Shown here: in pieces, positions 48,330 through 57,366 of the stretch
Numbering within the stretch: position 1 is the first letter of the stretch
Layout of the letters: each line of letters begins with the position of its first letter
Assembly (NCBI GenBank): GCA_965246835.1
Contig: CBDFFQ010000001.1
Span: forward strand, 2,558,451-2,622,450
Reading direction: 5' to 3'
DNA length: 64,000 bases
Origin: Acetobacteraceae bacterium
GTDB taxonomy: Bacteria; Pseudomonadota; Alphaproteobacteria; Acetobacterales; Acetobacteraceae
Notes under the pieces: generated by a model
The model's input: only the letters and a program-made list of their open reading frames with translations
Databases searched by the model: none
What the model was told of the DNA's origin: nothing
Translations under genes and position numbers: made by a program

Positions 48330-49265
48330 TCAAGCCGACACTCCGATTACGAATTGGTCGGAGTTTCTTTGTCGTGATAAAGTTTGTTTCTCCGCATGGC
48401 TCTCCCTTTTTACCGTGACGAGCAATCGCCGCCGGTTCTCCGACAAACACCAGCCGTCGAGAGCACTTAGGTCTTCAAGACCGTGACGAACCTCCTCTCG
48501 ACGGCGAACTCGTTCCCGCATAGAGGATGCTGCCAAGCCGTATATCCAGTCACCCAGCTGATCAGTGCTGACAGTGAGGGACCGACCCTGACGTACGGTC
48601 AGGGTTAGCCGAAGATGCAAAAGTCTCGCCATCTCGCCGAGCTGACGCGACTCAGTCAGGTTGACGCGGACAAAATGCGCTCCCAGAATTACGGCTGCAA
48701 AGCGCGCGTTTATGACCACAACAACTTCCCCGGTCGCCTCATCCATGCTGAAGGACAAAAGTCTCTGGGAGCCGCCGGTTCTGTGCGAACGGGCATTTGC
48801 ACTCACCGGCCCGAGGTCAGTGTAAGCAACCATCGACATACGTTCCAGCGAGGAGGCAACCCGGTCGTAACTGTCTCCGTTCGCTTGAAGACCGGCTTCT
48901 CGGCATGTTGCATAAAGCGTCGTCCGAATACGGATATGTTTTGACTCGGCGACTTCACCCTTCGTCTCCAGGCCATCAACTATCGCCACTCGCGAGGCTT
49001 CAGAGCCCGCGGCCGTAATAGTGCTGCCCAGAAACCCCGCAAGAGCCATTATGGATAAGAGAACCGACAGGTCGTCGGCTCCTAGAGTGTAGGGGCCAAC
49101 GACCTTGAGTTTTCGCCCGTCATGAACTGCCTCAACTTCGAACATTCTCTTCCGGGCCAACGCTCTCCCCTTCCGCGGCAACGGCCTGAAAAGATTTTGC
49201 CCCATCAACCCGGGGTCAACCATGGCGAAATCCGTGAGTTCTCTGGCTACAGCGAGCCTAGTCAT
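48330..49265 (-). CDS. repC: IncQ-type replication initiator RepC
   Basis: NLFRPLPRKGRA..KLKVVGPYTLGADDLSVLLSIMALAG and EMARLLHLRL resemble RSF1010 RepC as I recall it. Adjacent to the iterons. Start set at ATG 49265 (MTRLAVA). Confidence 0.7.
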   Translation of the reverse strand: MTRLAVARELTDFAMVDPGLMGQNLFRPLPRKGRALARKRMFEVEAVHDGRKLKVVGPYTLGADDLSVLLSIMALAGFLGSTITAAGSEASRVAIVDGLETKGEVAESKHIRIRTTLYATCREAGLQANGDSYDRVASSLERMSMVAYTDLGPVSANARSHRTGGSQRLLSFSMDEATGEVVVVINARFAAVILGAHFVRVNLTESRQLGEMARLLHLRLTLTVRQGRSLTVSTDQLGDWIYGLAASSMRERVRRREEVRHGLEDLSALDGWCLSENRRRLLVTVKRESHAEKQTLSRQRNSDQFVIGVSA

Positions 49266-51288
49266 CGGAACGGCGTACAATCCGGCCTCTCCCTTCAGGA
49301 CTGACAGTTGCCGGCAGGTCACACGCTCTCAGAACGCCGCCCGCTTCACGGAACAGCCACCGCTCCGGCGGTGGCGCGGCATAGTTGCTCTTGCTGACCA
49401 CCCAGCGAATCCACCTTCGACGCTCCTCATCAGCGATGCCGTGGGCCAGCGCCTCATCCTTGCTCAACCCTACCAAATTGCTCTGCCAGCGGGCGTTATC
49501 GGTTATGGCTCCGGCACCTCGTGCGGCCTGCTGTTCATCTCCCTGGCCTTCTCGTGCGGCACCTTTGCTGACGTGGTGCAGCACGAGGCACGCAGCGCCG
49601 ACAGGGGCGACCATGGCCTCCAACTCCGACACGATTCGGCCCTGAGCCGCATTGTCGTTTTCGGGGATGCCGGCAAGACAGCGGTTCAGCGTATCGAGAA
49701 CTACGAGCCGCGGCCTTAACTCCAGCACTTCCCTGCGAAGCACCTCGAATGCCGCTGAAGGCTGGAATCCCGCTGGCGACCACGTGCCGAAACCGAAATT
49801 TGTGCCCTGCACCGCCTTGACTCTGAAGTTGCGCCGGAAGAGCTCATCATTTCCAAGGGAGATATTCGCACCCGGCACGTTCACCAGCGCGTGCAGCCGA
49901 TGCGCCAGTATCGCCTTTGGGTCCTCCGCAGACAGCAGAAGCACCGGTCCCGCTTCGGGGTCGTGAGGCAGCAGCCCCCACATGCTGCGGCCTGCCGCGA
50001 CACATGCGGCCAGCCCGAGCGCCAGCATTGACTTACCCGCACCCCCCGGACTCACGAGCACGGCCATCGTACCCGCGAGGATGCCCGGCAACACGAAGTC
50101 GAGCGGCGGAGGCGGCTCCGACAGGATGGCCTCCAGATTCAGGTAATCCTGCCAGAGCGCGCCTACCGGAACGTTTGTCGTCTGAGGGGCGACGGCCGCG
50201 GCACTGTGCATCTCGCCGGTCAGAAGTTTCTCGACGGCACTCCGGACCTTCACGGTGGCCTCAGCCTGAAGGCTGTTCAGCCATCGTCCTGACACCTCGC
50301 AGCCGTCGGAAAATTCCTGAACAACCTGCGCGACGATGCGAGCGGTAACGTTCGAGATGTCCCCGTCAGCGTGAGCGGATTTCAACGATGCGCTGTTCGA
50401 GCGCACGACGTTCCACGCCAAATCGCGGAGGTGGCCCTCACGCCCGTCCGTAAGCACGCCCGTCCGTCCCGGGACGGATGCTGTGTGTAGTTGTGTGCCG
50501 ACTTGACCCCGTGCCGACAGAGCGAACGGATATTCGGCCGCGACGGTAGACATGAATGTGTCGACCAATGCCGCAGGCACTGCGGGCGCTTCATCGGGGC
50601 AGGAGGTCAATGGACTGAGTTCAGGCCAGTGGAAAAATCGGCCCGTGATGTAGTGGATGCCGTGCAGCGTCAGAGCTTTGCCTGCTCCGAGAATCTCAAC
50701 CGCACATTCATCGCGTCCTTCGAGTTTAACCATCCGACTGGCAGGCGAGCCACCACCATCGTATCGGTAAATCAGGGCGACCTTCGGCGCGCGTCCGATG
50801 CGGATGAACGGTGTCTGGCCCAGGACTTCGGCGGCAATGGCCTGGATGCGGCGGCTTACAGCCTCGTCCATGCAGTCGACGTCCACGCAGAATGTGTTTC
50901 CGCTGGCCGTCCCGAGCGCACACGCTACGTTGGCCCGCGGTGCATGCCGCACAAACCGCTTCATCTCGGCCTCGGACGGCGGACGTTCCTGAAAAGGCTT
51001 CCAGGCGACCACAGCGTCCTCGATACGGGACGGCATTCTTTTCCCATCCCGGTCCTGCGGCCATACGCTCCAGCCATTGCCCAGCATCATCGGTCCGGCG
51101 ATGGCGAATATGTCGTCACCCGGCGCGTAAAGGATGTCGGTCGTGTTTTCGACCCGCTGAAACCGACCTGTGCCAGGCACAAATGGTCGGCTGACGGGTT
51201 CGGAAGCGGCGCTCACCTGAGGAGGTGCGCGGGGATTCTTTTGTAATGGGCTGAAATGCGCATTATGCTGTCCTCGTGCGTTCAACAA
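49258..51288 (-). CDS. bifunctional primase-polymerase (PrimPol-like) / RepA-type (AAA_25) replicative helicase
   Basis: N-terminal part GWSVWPQDRDGKRMP..VAWKPFQERPP..FCVDVDCMD. C-terminal Walker A SPGGAGKSMLAL, Walker B LVVLDTL, then VLHHVSKG. The true start is uncertain (TTG 51288, with later GTG/ATG candidates). Confidence 0.7.
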   Translation of the reverse strand: MLNARGQHNAHFSPLQKNPRAPPQVSAASEPVSRPFVPGTGRFQRVENTTDILYAPGDDIFAIAGPMMLGNGWSVWPQDRDGKRMPSRIEDAVVAWKPFQERPPSEAEMKRFVRHAPRANVACALGTASGNTFCVDVDCMDEAVSRRIQAIAAEVLGQTPFIRIGRAPKVALIYRYDGGGSPASRMVKLEGRDECAVEILGAGKALTLHGIHYITGRFFHWPELSPLTSCPDEAPAVPAALVDTFMSTVAAEYPFALSARGQVGTQLHTASVPGRTGVLTDGREGHLRDLAWNVVRSNSASLKSAHADGDISNVTARIVAQVVQEFSDGCEVSGRWLNSLQAEATVKVRSAVEKLLTGEMHSAAAVAPQTTNVPVGALWQDYLNLEAILSEPPPPLDFVLPGILAGTMAVLVSPGGAGKSMLALGLAACVAAGRSMWGLLPHDPEAGPVLLLSAEDPKAILAHRLHALVNVPGANISLGNDELFRRNFRVKAVQGTNFGFGTWSPAGFQPSAAFEVLRREVLELRPRLVVLDTLNRCLAGIPENDNAAQGRIVSELEAMVAPVGAACLVLHHVSKGAAREGQGDEQQAARGAGAITDNARWQSNLVGLSKDEALAHGIADEERRRWIRWVVSKSNYAAPPPERWLFREAGGVLRACDLPATVSPEGRGRIVRRSDD
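50463..50478. repeat. motif A copy 12 (perfect 16-bp palindrome)
   Basis: TCCGTCCCGGGACGGA. In the primase-helicase CDS, read as V-P-G-R on the minus strand. Confidence 0.8.
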
Positions 51289-51633
51289 CGCCGTCTGTAG
51301 TTTGCCTCAGGGTTCTCAGGTCCTGCTGCACGCGGCGTAATACTATAGGATATCCTTGGTTGTAGGCGCAATGCAAGGAGTTTACTTGGGGGGCCGCGGA
51401 TAACGTCCGCGGCCTTCTTTGGTCATGCCCTCCGGAATGCTCTGCCACTTGTTTCAGAATGAGCATCCTGTTGTGCTCGGCGGCAGCGGACAGGAGCCCA
51501 GAATGTTCGATGACCCGGCCGACTATTCTGTGCAGGACGTTCTGTTAAGCCAGCAACCAAGACGAGGCCAAAGGTGATGGCTGTTGGTGCGCAGGCAGGC
51601 CATTCAATTGAATGCCGGGCGATGGCGGCCTGA

Positions 51634-51993
51634 ATGGCAAATCGAAACCTCACCGCAGAGGAACTCATACATGCTACGGCCCTGCTCGCGAGCATCAAGG
51701 CCGAGATAGCGTCCCTCGCGGGCTCCGATTCGGAACTCCTGTTCGCCTACACCCGAAAGATTGGCAAGGAGCTGACCTACTTCGAGCGGGGCAAGCCCAT
51801 GATGCGGCGAAAGCTCAAGAGGGACAAAATGGCGGAGCAGGGTGGCTTGTGCGCTGTGTGCGGGACGGCGCTGCCGCCCACGTACAACGTTCTCGACCGT
51901 ATGACCGCTTCCGGCGGTTACACGGCTGCGAACACCAGACTGATATGCGCGGCTTGTGACACTGCGGTCCAGCAGGACAGGGGCTATCGATGA
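51634..51993 (+). CDS. hypothetical protein with CxxC...CxxC motif
   Basis: 119 aa. ..GGLCAVCGTALPPTYNVLDR..NTRLICAACD. Last gene before attR. Confidence 0.5.
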   Translation: MANRNLTAEELIHATALLASIKAEIASLAGSDSELLFAYTRKIGKELTYFERGKPMMRRKLKRDKMAEQGGLCAVCGTALPPTYNVLDRMTASGGYTAANTRLICAACDTAVQQDRGYR

Positions 51994-52161
51994 CGGAAAT
52001 GGTCGCTTGCTACCGCGAACTCCTGTCTCCCATTCCCTCGAAAGTTGACAATTCCCGTGCACGCTGTGTTACATCCACATGGTCATCTGTAACACAGCGT
52101 GGTTTCCGGCCCCTGATTTGATGAGCGGATACAATGGGTTGCGGCGGAAACGGGGATAGGG

Positions 52162-52178
52162 TCCTTCCGCCCCAACCA
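52162..52178. repeat. attR: 17-bp direct repeat
   Basis: TCCTTCCGCCCCAACCA, identical to 6009..6025. Confidence 0.85.
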
Positions 52179-52246
52179 TTGCTCGAGGGCTTAGCACCGC
52201 CGGAATGGCCCAGCACCGTCGGGACGAAGGACACCAGGGAAGCGCC

Positions 52247-52669
52247 ATGCTGATCGCCATCGCCCCCGGCATCGCCTTCGACCCCCGCGAGATCCAGGAA
52301 AGCTTCATCCGCAGCTCCGGTCCGGGCGGACAGAACGTCAACAAGGTCTCGTCCGCCGTGCAGGTCAGGCTCGATCTCCGGCGAGAGGGCAGCTTGCCCG
52401 CCAGTCTGCGGGAGCGGGCGGAGGCGCTGGGCGGCCGCCGGGTCACCGCCGAGGGCGTGCTGGTGATCACGGCCCAAACCCATCGCTCCCAGGACCGCAA
52501 CCGGCTGGATGCGCAGGAGCGTATCGTGGCGCTGCTCCGCGCCGCCGCGATCCGGCCCGTGCTGCGGCGGGACACCAAGCCCAGTTTCTCGGCGCGGAAA
52601 AAGCGCGTTGAGGCGAAGGTGCAGCGGGGCGAGACGAAACGGTTGCGGGCGCCGCCGCGGCCGGAGTGA
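52247..52669 (+). CDS. arfB: alternative ribosome-rescue factor ArfB (peptidyl-tRNA hydrolase)
   Basis: SGPGGQNVNKVSSAVQ GGQ motif with a basic C-terminal tail. Start set at ATG 52247. Confidence 0.85.
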   Translation: MLIAIAPGIAFDPREIQESFIRSSGPGGQNVNKVSSAVQVRLDLRREGSLPASLRERAEALGGRRVTAEGVLVITAQTHRSQDRNRLDAQERIVALLRAAAIRPVLRRDTKPSFSARKKRVEAKVQRGETKRLRAPPRPE

Positions 52670-52683
52670 CGCCCCGGGCAGGC

Positions 52684-54570
52684 TCAGCTCGAAACGGGGT
52701 GCGACGGGTCCGGCGTCGCCCGCGGGCGCAAGGTGCGGCGCAGCAGCCGGGCCAGCTTGCGACGGCGGAGGCCATCGGTTTCGTCGCCCTCCCCCTCGGC
52801 CTGGTGACGGCGCAAGGCCAGCTTGCGGGTGTGATATTGCTCGAGCTCCGGGCGGTGCCCCACGCTGATCACCGTCGTATCCGCGAGCTCGTGCTGGAAC
52901 AGCTCCATCATCGAGGCCTGGCTGTGCACATCGAGCGCGGCCGTCGCCTCGTCCATGATGACGATGTCGGGCTTTTGGATCAGCAACCGGGCGAAACCGA
53001 TCCGCTGCTGCTCGCCACCGCTGAGCTGCTTGTCCCAGCGGTCTTCTTCATCGAGCCGCGGCGTGAGGCGCTGCAGGCCGCAGCGTTCCAGCGCGTCCGC
53101 CAGCGCCTGATCCGTCGCGTCTTCCTTCGCCACCGGGTATTGCAGCACCTGGCGCAAGGTCCCGTTCGGGATGTAGGCCCGCTGCGGCAGGAAGGCGAGC
53201 TGCGCGCCGGCGGGGATCAGCACCCGGCCGGAGCCCCACGGCCATAGCCCGGCGATCGCGCGGATCAGCGTGCTTTTGCCGGTGCCGCTTTCCCCGGTCA
53301 GCAGCACCTTGTCCCCCCGCTCGATCGCGGTATCGGCCTCGTCGATCATCACGCGGCCGTTGAACTGCGCGACCGAGAGGCCCACCAGGCGCAATGCCTG
53401 GTCCGGGCTGTCCCCGATCACGATCCGGTCCGTGGCATCCGTGCCGACCGACGCGTCCAGCTGCGTGAACGCCGTCCACAATCCCGTGACGCGCCCGGCG
53501 GAGGCCAGCCATTCCGCGATCCGGGGATAATTGTCGAACAGCCAGTTCAGCGCGACCTGCACCTGCACGAACGCCGCCGCCGTCTGCATCAAAGAGCCGA
53601 GCGTCATGGTCCCGGCCAGGTAGTTCGGCGCCTCCAGCAACAAGGGAAAAATCGGCGCCACCGCCCAGTTGCTGCCCATCAGCCATGTCATGCGCGCCAG
53701 CTGCTGGATCTGCCGCATCCAGGTATCGACCAGGTGCTGCAGCGTCGCCTTGATGCCGGTATTTTCGTCGGCCTCGCCGCCGATGAGGGCGATGCTCTCG
53801 GCATTTTCGCGCACCCGGCCCATCTCGGTGCGCAATCGGGCTTCGGCGCTGTTCTTGGCCTCGATCCGGGCGATCAGCGGGCGGCCGAACAGCACCATGG
53901 AGCCGGACATGATGCCGGAATAGGCGATGGCGGCGAACACCATGAATCCGGGAATATGGATGCCAAACACATCCGCGTCCCCGCCCACGGTCCACAGGAC
54001 GCCGAAGAACACCACGGCCGTCAGCACGGCATTCAGGATGCCGGAGCCGAAATCCACCACGGGTTCGGTCGCGATCCGCGCGTCGTCGGCGATGCGGAAC
54101 TCCGGCGCATCGAGGTCGGGTGCGGCGATGCTGAGCCGGTAGAAGCGCTGGTCGCCCAGCCAACGTGCCGCCAGCCGCTCCGTCAGCCATTGCCGCCACA
54201 GCACCTGGAGCTTCATGCGGGCGATGAGCTGGAATACCGCCACCGCAGAGGAGGCCACGGCCAGCACGGCGAACAGCCCGATCGCGCTCAGCACCACGTT
54301 CTGCTGCTTCGCCTCGAGCGCGTTGAAGAAGAACTTGTTCCAGCGGTTCACGCCATACTGCACGGCGATATTGGCGATCACGAGACCGATCGTGGCGATC
54401 GTCAGCACCCAGGCCATGCGGGCGGTGGGCCCGCGCCAGTATCCGCCGGCCAGCTTCCAGTATTGCCGGACGGTGCCGGGCGTGCGCGGCCGCTTGTCCC
54501 GCGGCAGGCCCGGGGAGGGTTCGTCCGCCGGGCTATCGGTGAGCGGAGGCTCGGCCTCAGCGTCCGGCAT
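52684..54570 (-). CDS. ABC transporter permease/ATP-binding fusion (YddA/SbmA-BacA-like)
   Basis: RQYWKLAGGYWRG N-terminus. Walker A GESGTGKST, signature LSGGEQQR, Walker B IVIMDEA. Start trimmed to ATG 54570. Confidence 0.85.
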   Translation of the reverse strand: MPDAEAEPPLTDSPADEPSPGLPRDKRPRTPGTVRQYWKLAGGYWRGPTARMAWVLTIATIGLVIANIAVQYGVNRWNKFFFNALEAKQQNVVLSAIGLFAVLAVASSAVAVFQLIARMKLQVLWRQWLTERLAARWLGDQRFYRLSIAAPDLDAPEFRIADDARIATEPVVDFGSGILNAVLTAVVFFGVLWTVGGDADVFGIHIPGFMVFAAIAYSGIMSGSMVLFGRPLIARIEAKNSAEARLRTEMGRVRENAESIALIGGEADENTGIKATLQHLVDTWMRQIQQLARMTWLMGSNWAVAPIFPLLLEAPNYLAGTMTLGSLMQTAAAFVQVQVALNWLFDNYPRIAEWLASAGRVTGLWTAFTQLDASVGTDATDRIVIGDSPDQALRLVGLSVAQFNGRVMIDEADTAIERGDKVLLTGESGTGKSTLIRAIAGLWPWGSGRVLIPAGAQLAFLPQRAYIPNGTLRQVLQYPVAKEDATDQALADALERCGLQRLTPRLDEEDRWDKQLSGGEQQRIGFARLLIQKPDIVIMDEATAALDVHSQASMMELFQHELADTTVISVGHRPELEQYHTRKLALRRHQAEGEGDETDGLRRRKLARLLRRTLRPRATPDPSHPVSS

Positions 54571-55180
54571 CGAAGCCCAGGAACCCGGCCTGCGGCACCG
54601 GTGCGCCGCCATTGCCCGCGAACAGACGCGCGGTCTGCGGCGTGCTGGCGGCCGAGGGCCGGGCGGCAACGGCGGTGGTGCGGCGCGCGGCCCGGGCTTC
54701 TGCCTGTTCGGCGCGGGCGGCGGCCAGCTTCTCGGCGCGGGTCTGCGGGCGGCTCGCCACCGGACCGGTCGAGGTGCTGTAGCCGCTGCCGCCCCGCAAC
54801 GACAGCAGCAGGAACGAGATCTCGTTACGGCCAAGATCGACCGCAAGCTCCAGCGGCGTCAGGCCCAGCACATTCACGCCGTTCAGGTCCGCGCCGCGAT
54901 TAACGCTGTCCCGTGCGGTCGCGAGGTCCCCGCGGTTGATGGCATCAAACAAGGCCTCCGTCGGTGGCAGGTCGGAGGCGGCGCGCTCAGCCGGTGTGAC
55001 GGCATTCGGTTCGGCGCGGGAGCCCGGCAGCGCGGGGGGCGCGGGCTGCCGGGGGGCCCCCTTGGCGTTGGGGTTTGCCGGCAGGCCCTGCGGCTGCACG
55101 TTGCTCGGGGTTTGCGCGCCGGCAGGCAGCGCCGCCATTGCCAGGGCGGTGAGAAGAACGGCTTGCTTCATGCGGTTCAT
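54557..55180 (-). CDS. secreted ankyrin-repeat protein
   Basis: Signal peptide MNRMKQAVLLTALAMAALPAGAQ. Ankyrin-like NRGADLNGVNVLGLTPLELAVDLGRNEISFLLL. Confidence 0.7.
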   Translation of the reverse strand: MNRMKQAVLLTALAMAALPAGAQTPSNVQPQGLPANPNAKGAPRQPAPPALPGSRAEPNAVTPAERAASDLPPTEALFDAINRGDLATARDSVNRGADLNGVNVLGLTPLELAVDLGRNEISFLLLSLRGGSGYSTSTGPVASRPQTRAEKLAAARAEQAEARAARRTTAVAARPSAASTPQTARLFAGNGGAPVPQAGFLGFDAGR

Positions 55181-55269
55181 GAATGTCCTCAGCCCGATCG
55201 GGGCGCCTGGCGATACGATAGGGGAGGCAGGTTACGACAGTCTTAAGATGCGCGCCAATTTGCGCCCTG

Positions 55270-57342
55270 CTAAGCGCTGCCCTCGCGCCGCCACGCCACC
55301 AGCACGAGGCCCAGCAGCAGCGGCAGCGCAGCCCAGGCCGGCAGCAAGGGAACGGCATCGAGGCCGGTGACGATGTGGTCGTGCCGCCGCGGCAGACCGA
55401 TCCAGCCGGCGCCGCTCGCATCCCGCCCCGGCTCTGTCCGCCGCAGCTCGGGCAGCTTCAGGTCTGGGAGGGTGCCGCCGACGAACCGCACGCTGCCGCC
55501 CGAGGCGCGGGCGAGCGGCCCCAGCACGCCAGCCGTGGCACGAAGGTCCGCGATCTCCCGCGGGTTCCCGCTGCTGGCGGCGGCATAGGCGGTATGCACG
55601 CCATCCGAGACCTGCCAAAGGCCGGGCGCCTCGGCCGCCATCACCGCGGTGCTGCGCCCGGCGCCCGCTGGCGCCAGCACAGGCGCCACGGCTTCCCCTT
55701 CCGGCGGCGTCACCTTGAGAGCCGGCAGCGGCGCATCCAGCACGCTGCGGCGCTCAATCTGTAGGCGCCCCTCGGTGATCTCCGCCCGCAGCGCTTCCTC
55801 CTCCAAAGCCGGTTCCTTCATCAGCCAGTGCGCGATCCGGCGCAGCAGCTCCGCCTGCGGCCCGGCTTCGGCGCCCCGCGACCACAGCCAGATCTGGTCG
55901 GACAGCAGCAGCGCCGTCCGCCCCTCATCCACCCGGTCCAGCAACAACAACGGCCCGCCATCCGGCGCGCTCAGCAGCGGCGTGGACGGCGACGCACCGA
56001 CCGCGATCCGGCGATACCAGGGGCCCCACGCCGGCTCCCCCTCCGGCCGCCAGCCCGGCAGGCCGGAGGTCACAGGGTGCCGCGTGCCGGTGGGCGTGAC
56101 TTCAGGGCGGAACGCGCCCTCGATCACGCCGGACCCACCCAGGCTGGGCCGGGCGGCCAGGATGGCGCCGAGCGGGGTGGCGGACAGGCTGGCCGCACTC
56201 GCGAATTCCGGCCCGGCGCTCAACAGCAATCCGCCGCCCGCCCGCACGTAATCGGCAATGTTGCGCAGATACAAAGGCGGCAGGATGTTGCGGTTCTGGA
56301 ACCGGTCCAGGATGATCAGGTCGAAGTCCCGGATCTTGACCTGGAACAGCTCGCGCACCGGAAAGGCGATCAGCGCCAGCTCGTTCAAGGGCGTCATGTC
56401 ATCCCGCTCCGGCGGGCGCAGGATGGTGAAGTGCACGAGGTCGACCGCCGGGTCCGCCTTCAACAGGCGGCGCCAGGTGCGCTCCCCCTGATGCGGCTCG
56501 CCCGATACCAGCAGCACGCGGAGCCGGTCCCGCACGCCGTTGATGGTCACCACGGCCCGGTTGTTCAGCTGGCTGGCTTCGCCCGGCAGAGCCTCGGCCT
56601 GCAGCTCGATCAAGGTCGGCCCGGCGCGGGTGATCGGGATGTCGATCGACTGCTCCGGCCCGATCGGCACCGCCTGCGTCTCCGGCGCCTCGCCATCCCG
56701 CCGGATCGTGAGCCGGGCGGCGGCGGCGGGCCGTGTCACACCGAGGTCCTCGATCGCGAACCGGATCGGCACGCTGCGCCCCACCACCCCGAAGGACGGC
56801 GCTTCGATCAAACGGATCCGGCGGTCGGTCTCCTCGCCCCGGGCAGGGATCAGCGCATGCAGCGGCGCGGGCGCGGCTTGTGGCACATCGTGCACCTGGC
56901 CATCCGTCAGTGCCACGATCGCCGATAGCCGGCTGCGCGGGATGTCGGCCAGCGCACGGTCGATGGCGGCGAATAGCTGCGTGCCCTCCCGCCCCTGTTC
57001 CGGCACCACGATTGTCCGCAGCTCGAGGTCCGGCAGGCGCAGCGCCTGGTCCTGCAAGTTGGCGCGGGCGGCGTCCCGCAACGCCGCGCGATCCCCGACC
57101 TGCATCGACCGGCTTTCATCCACCACCAGCAGCGCGATGTCGGGCAACGCATCCCGGCTCTCCCGCACCAGCCGCGGCCCCGTGAGCCAGGCCAGCAGCA
57201 CGGCGAAGGCGAGCCCCCGCCACAGCGCGCCGCGGGCCCGGCGGATCAGGGCGGGGGCCAGCGCCAGCAGGCACAGCCCGGCCAGCAAGCCGAGCGCCCA
57301 CCACGGCGCCGCCGGGTCGAAGCGCAACGCGGCGGCGGTCAT
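55270..57342 (-). CDS. membrane protein of the MoxR/DUF58/DUF4159 (Bat-like) operon
   Basis: 690 aa with N- and C-terminal TM helices. Operon context. Confidence 0.65.
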   Translation of the reverse strand: MTAAALRFDPAAPWWALGLLAGLCLLALAPALIRRARGALWRGLAFAVLLAWLTGPRLVRESRDALPDIALLVVDESRSMQVGDRAALRDAARANLQDQALRLPDLELRTIVVPEQGREGTQLFAAIDRALADIPRSRLSAIVALTDGQVHDVPQAAPAPLHALIPARGEETDRRIRLIEAPSFGVVGRSVPIRFAIEDLGVTRPAAAARLTIRRDGEAPETQAVPIGPEQSIDIPITRAGPTLIELQAEALPGEASQLNNRAVVTINGVRDRLRVLLVSGEPHQGERTWRRLLKADPAVDLVHFTILRPPERDDMTPLNELALIAFPVRELFQVKIRDFDLIILDRFQNRNILPPLYLRNIADYVRAGGGLLLSAGPEFASAASLSATPLGAILAARPSLGGSGVIEGAFRPEVTPTGTRHPVTSGLPGWRPEGEPAWGPWYRRIAVGASPSTPLLSAPDGGPLLLLDRVDEGRTALLLSDQIWLWSRGAEAGPQAELLRRIAHWLMKEPALEEEALRAEITEGRLQIERRSVLDAPLPALKVTPPEGEAVAPVLAPAGAGRSTAVMAAEAPGLWQVSDGVHTAYAAASSGNPREIADLRATAGVLGPLARASGGSVRFVGGTLPDLKLPELRRTEPGRDASGAGWIGLPRRHDHIVTGLDAVPLLPAWAALPLLLGLVLVAWRREGSA

Positions 57343-57366
57343 TGCCCCCGCCTCATTGCCCCGGCC

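Larger units (their letters stand above)
6009..52178. mobile_element. ~46.2-kb tRNA-Gln-integrated mobilizable genomic island (integrase, MobC/relaxase, IncQ-type replicon, defence cargo)
   Basis: Perfect 17-bp direct repeats at both ends. Integrase adjacent to the tRNA. Core genes resume after attR. Composition is mosaic, with AT-richer cargo blocks. Confidence 0.85.

Noticed and set aside
6026-52161. Self-transmissible ICE.
   Set aside because: I found no VirB4/TraU-type ATPase, coupling protein, pilus genes or other mating-pair-formation genes. Only MobC, a relaxase and one DotA/TraY-like protein are present. The element is called mobilizable instead.
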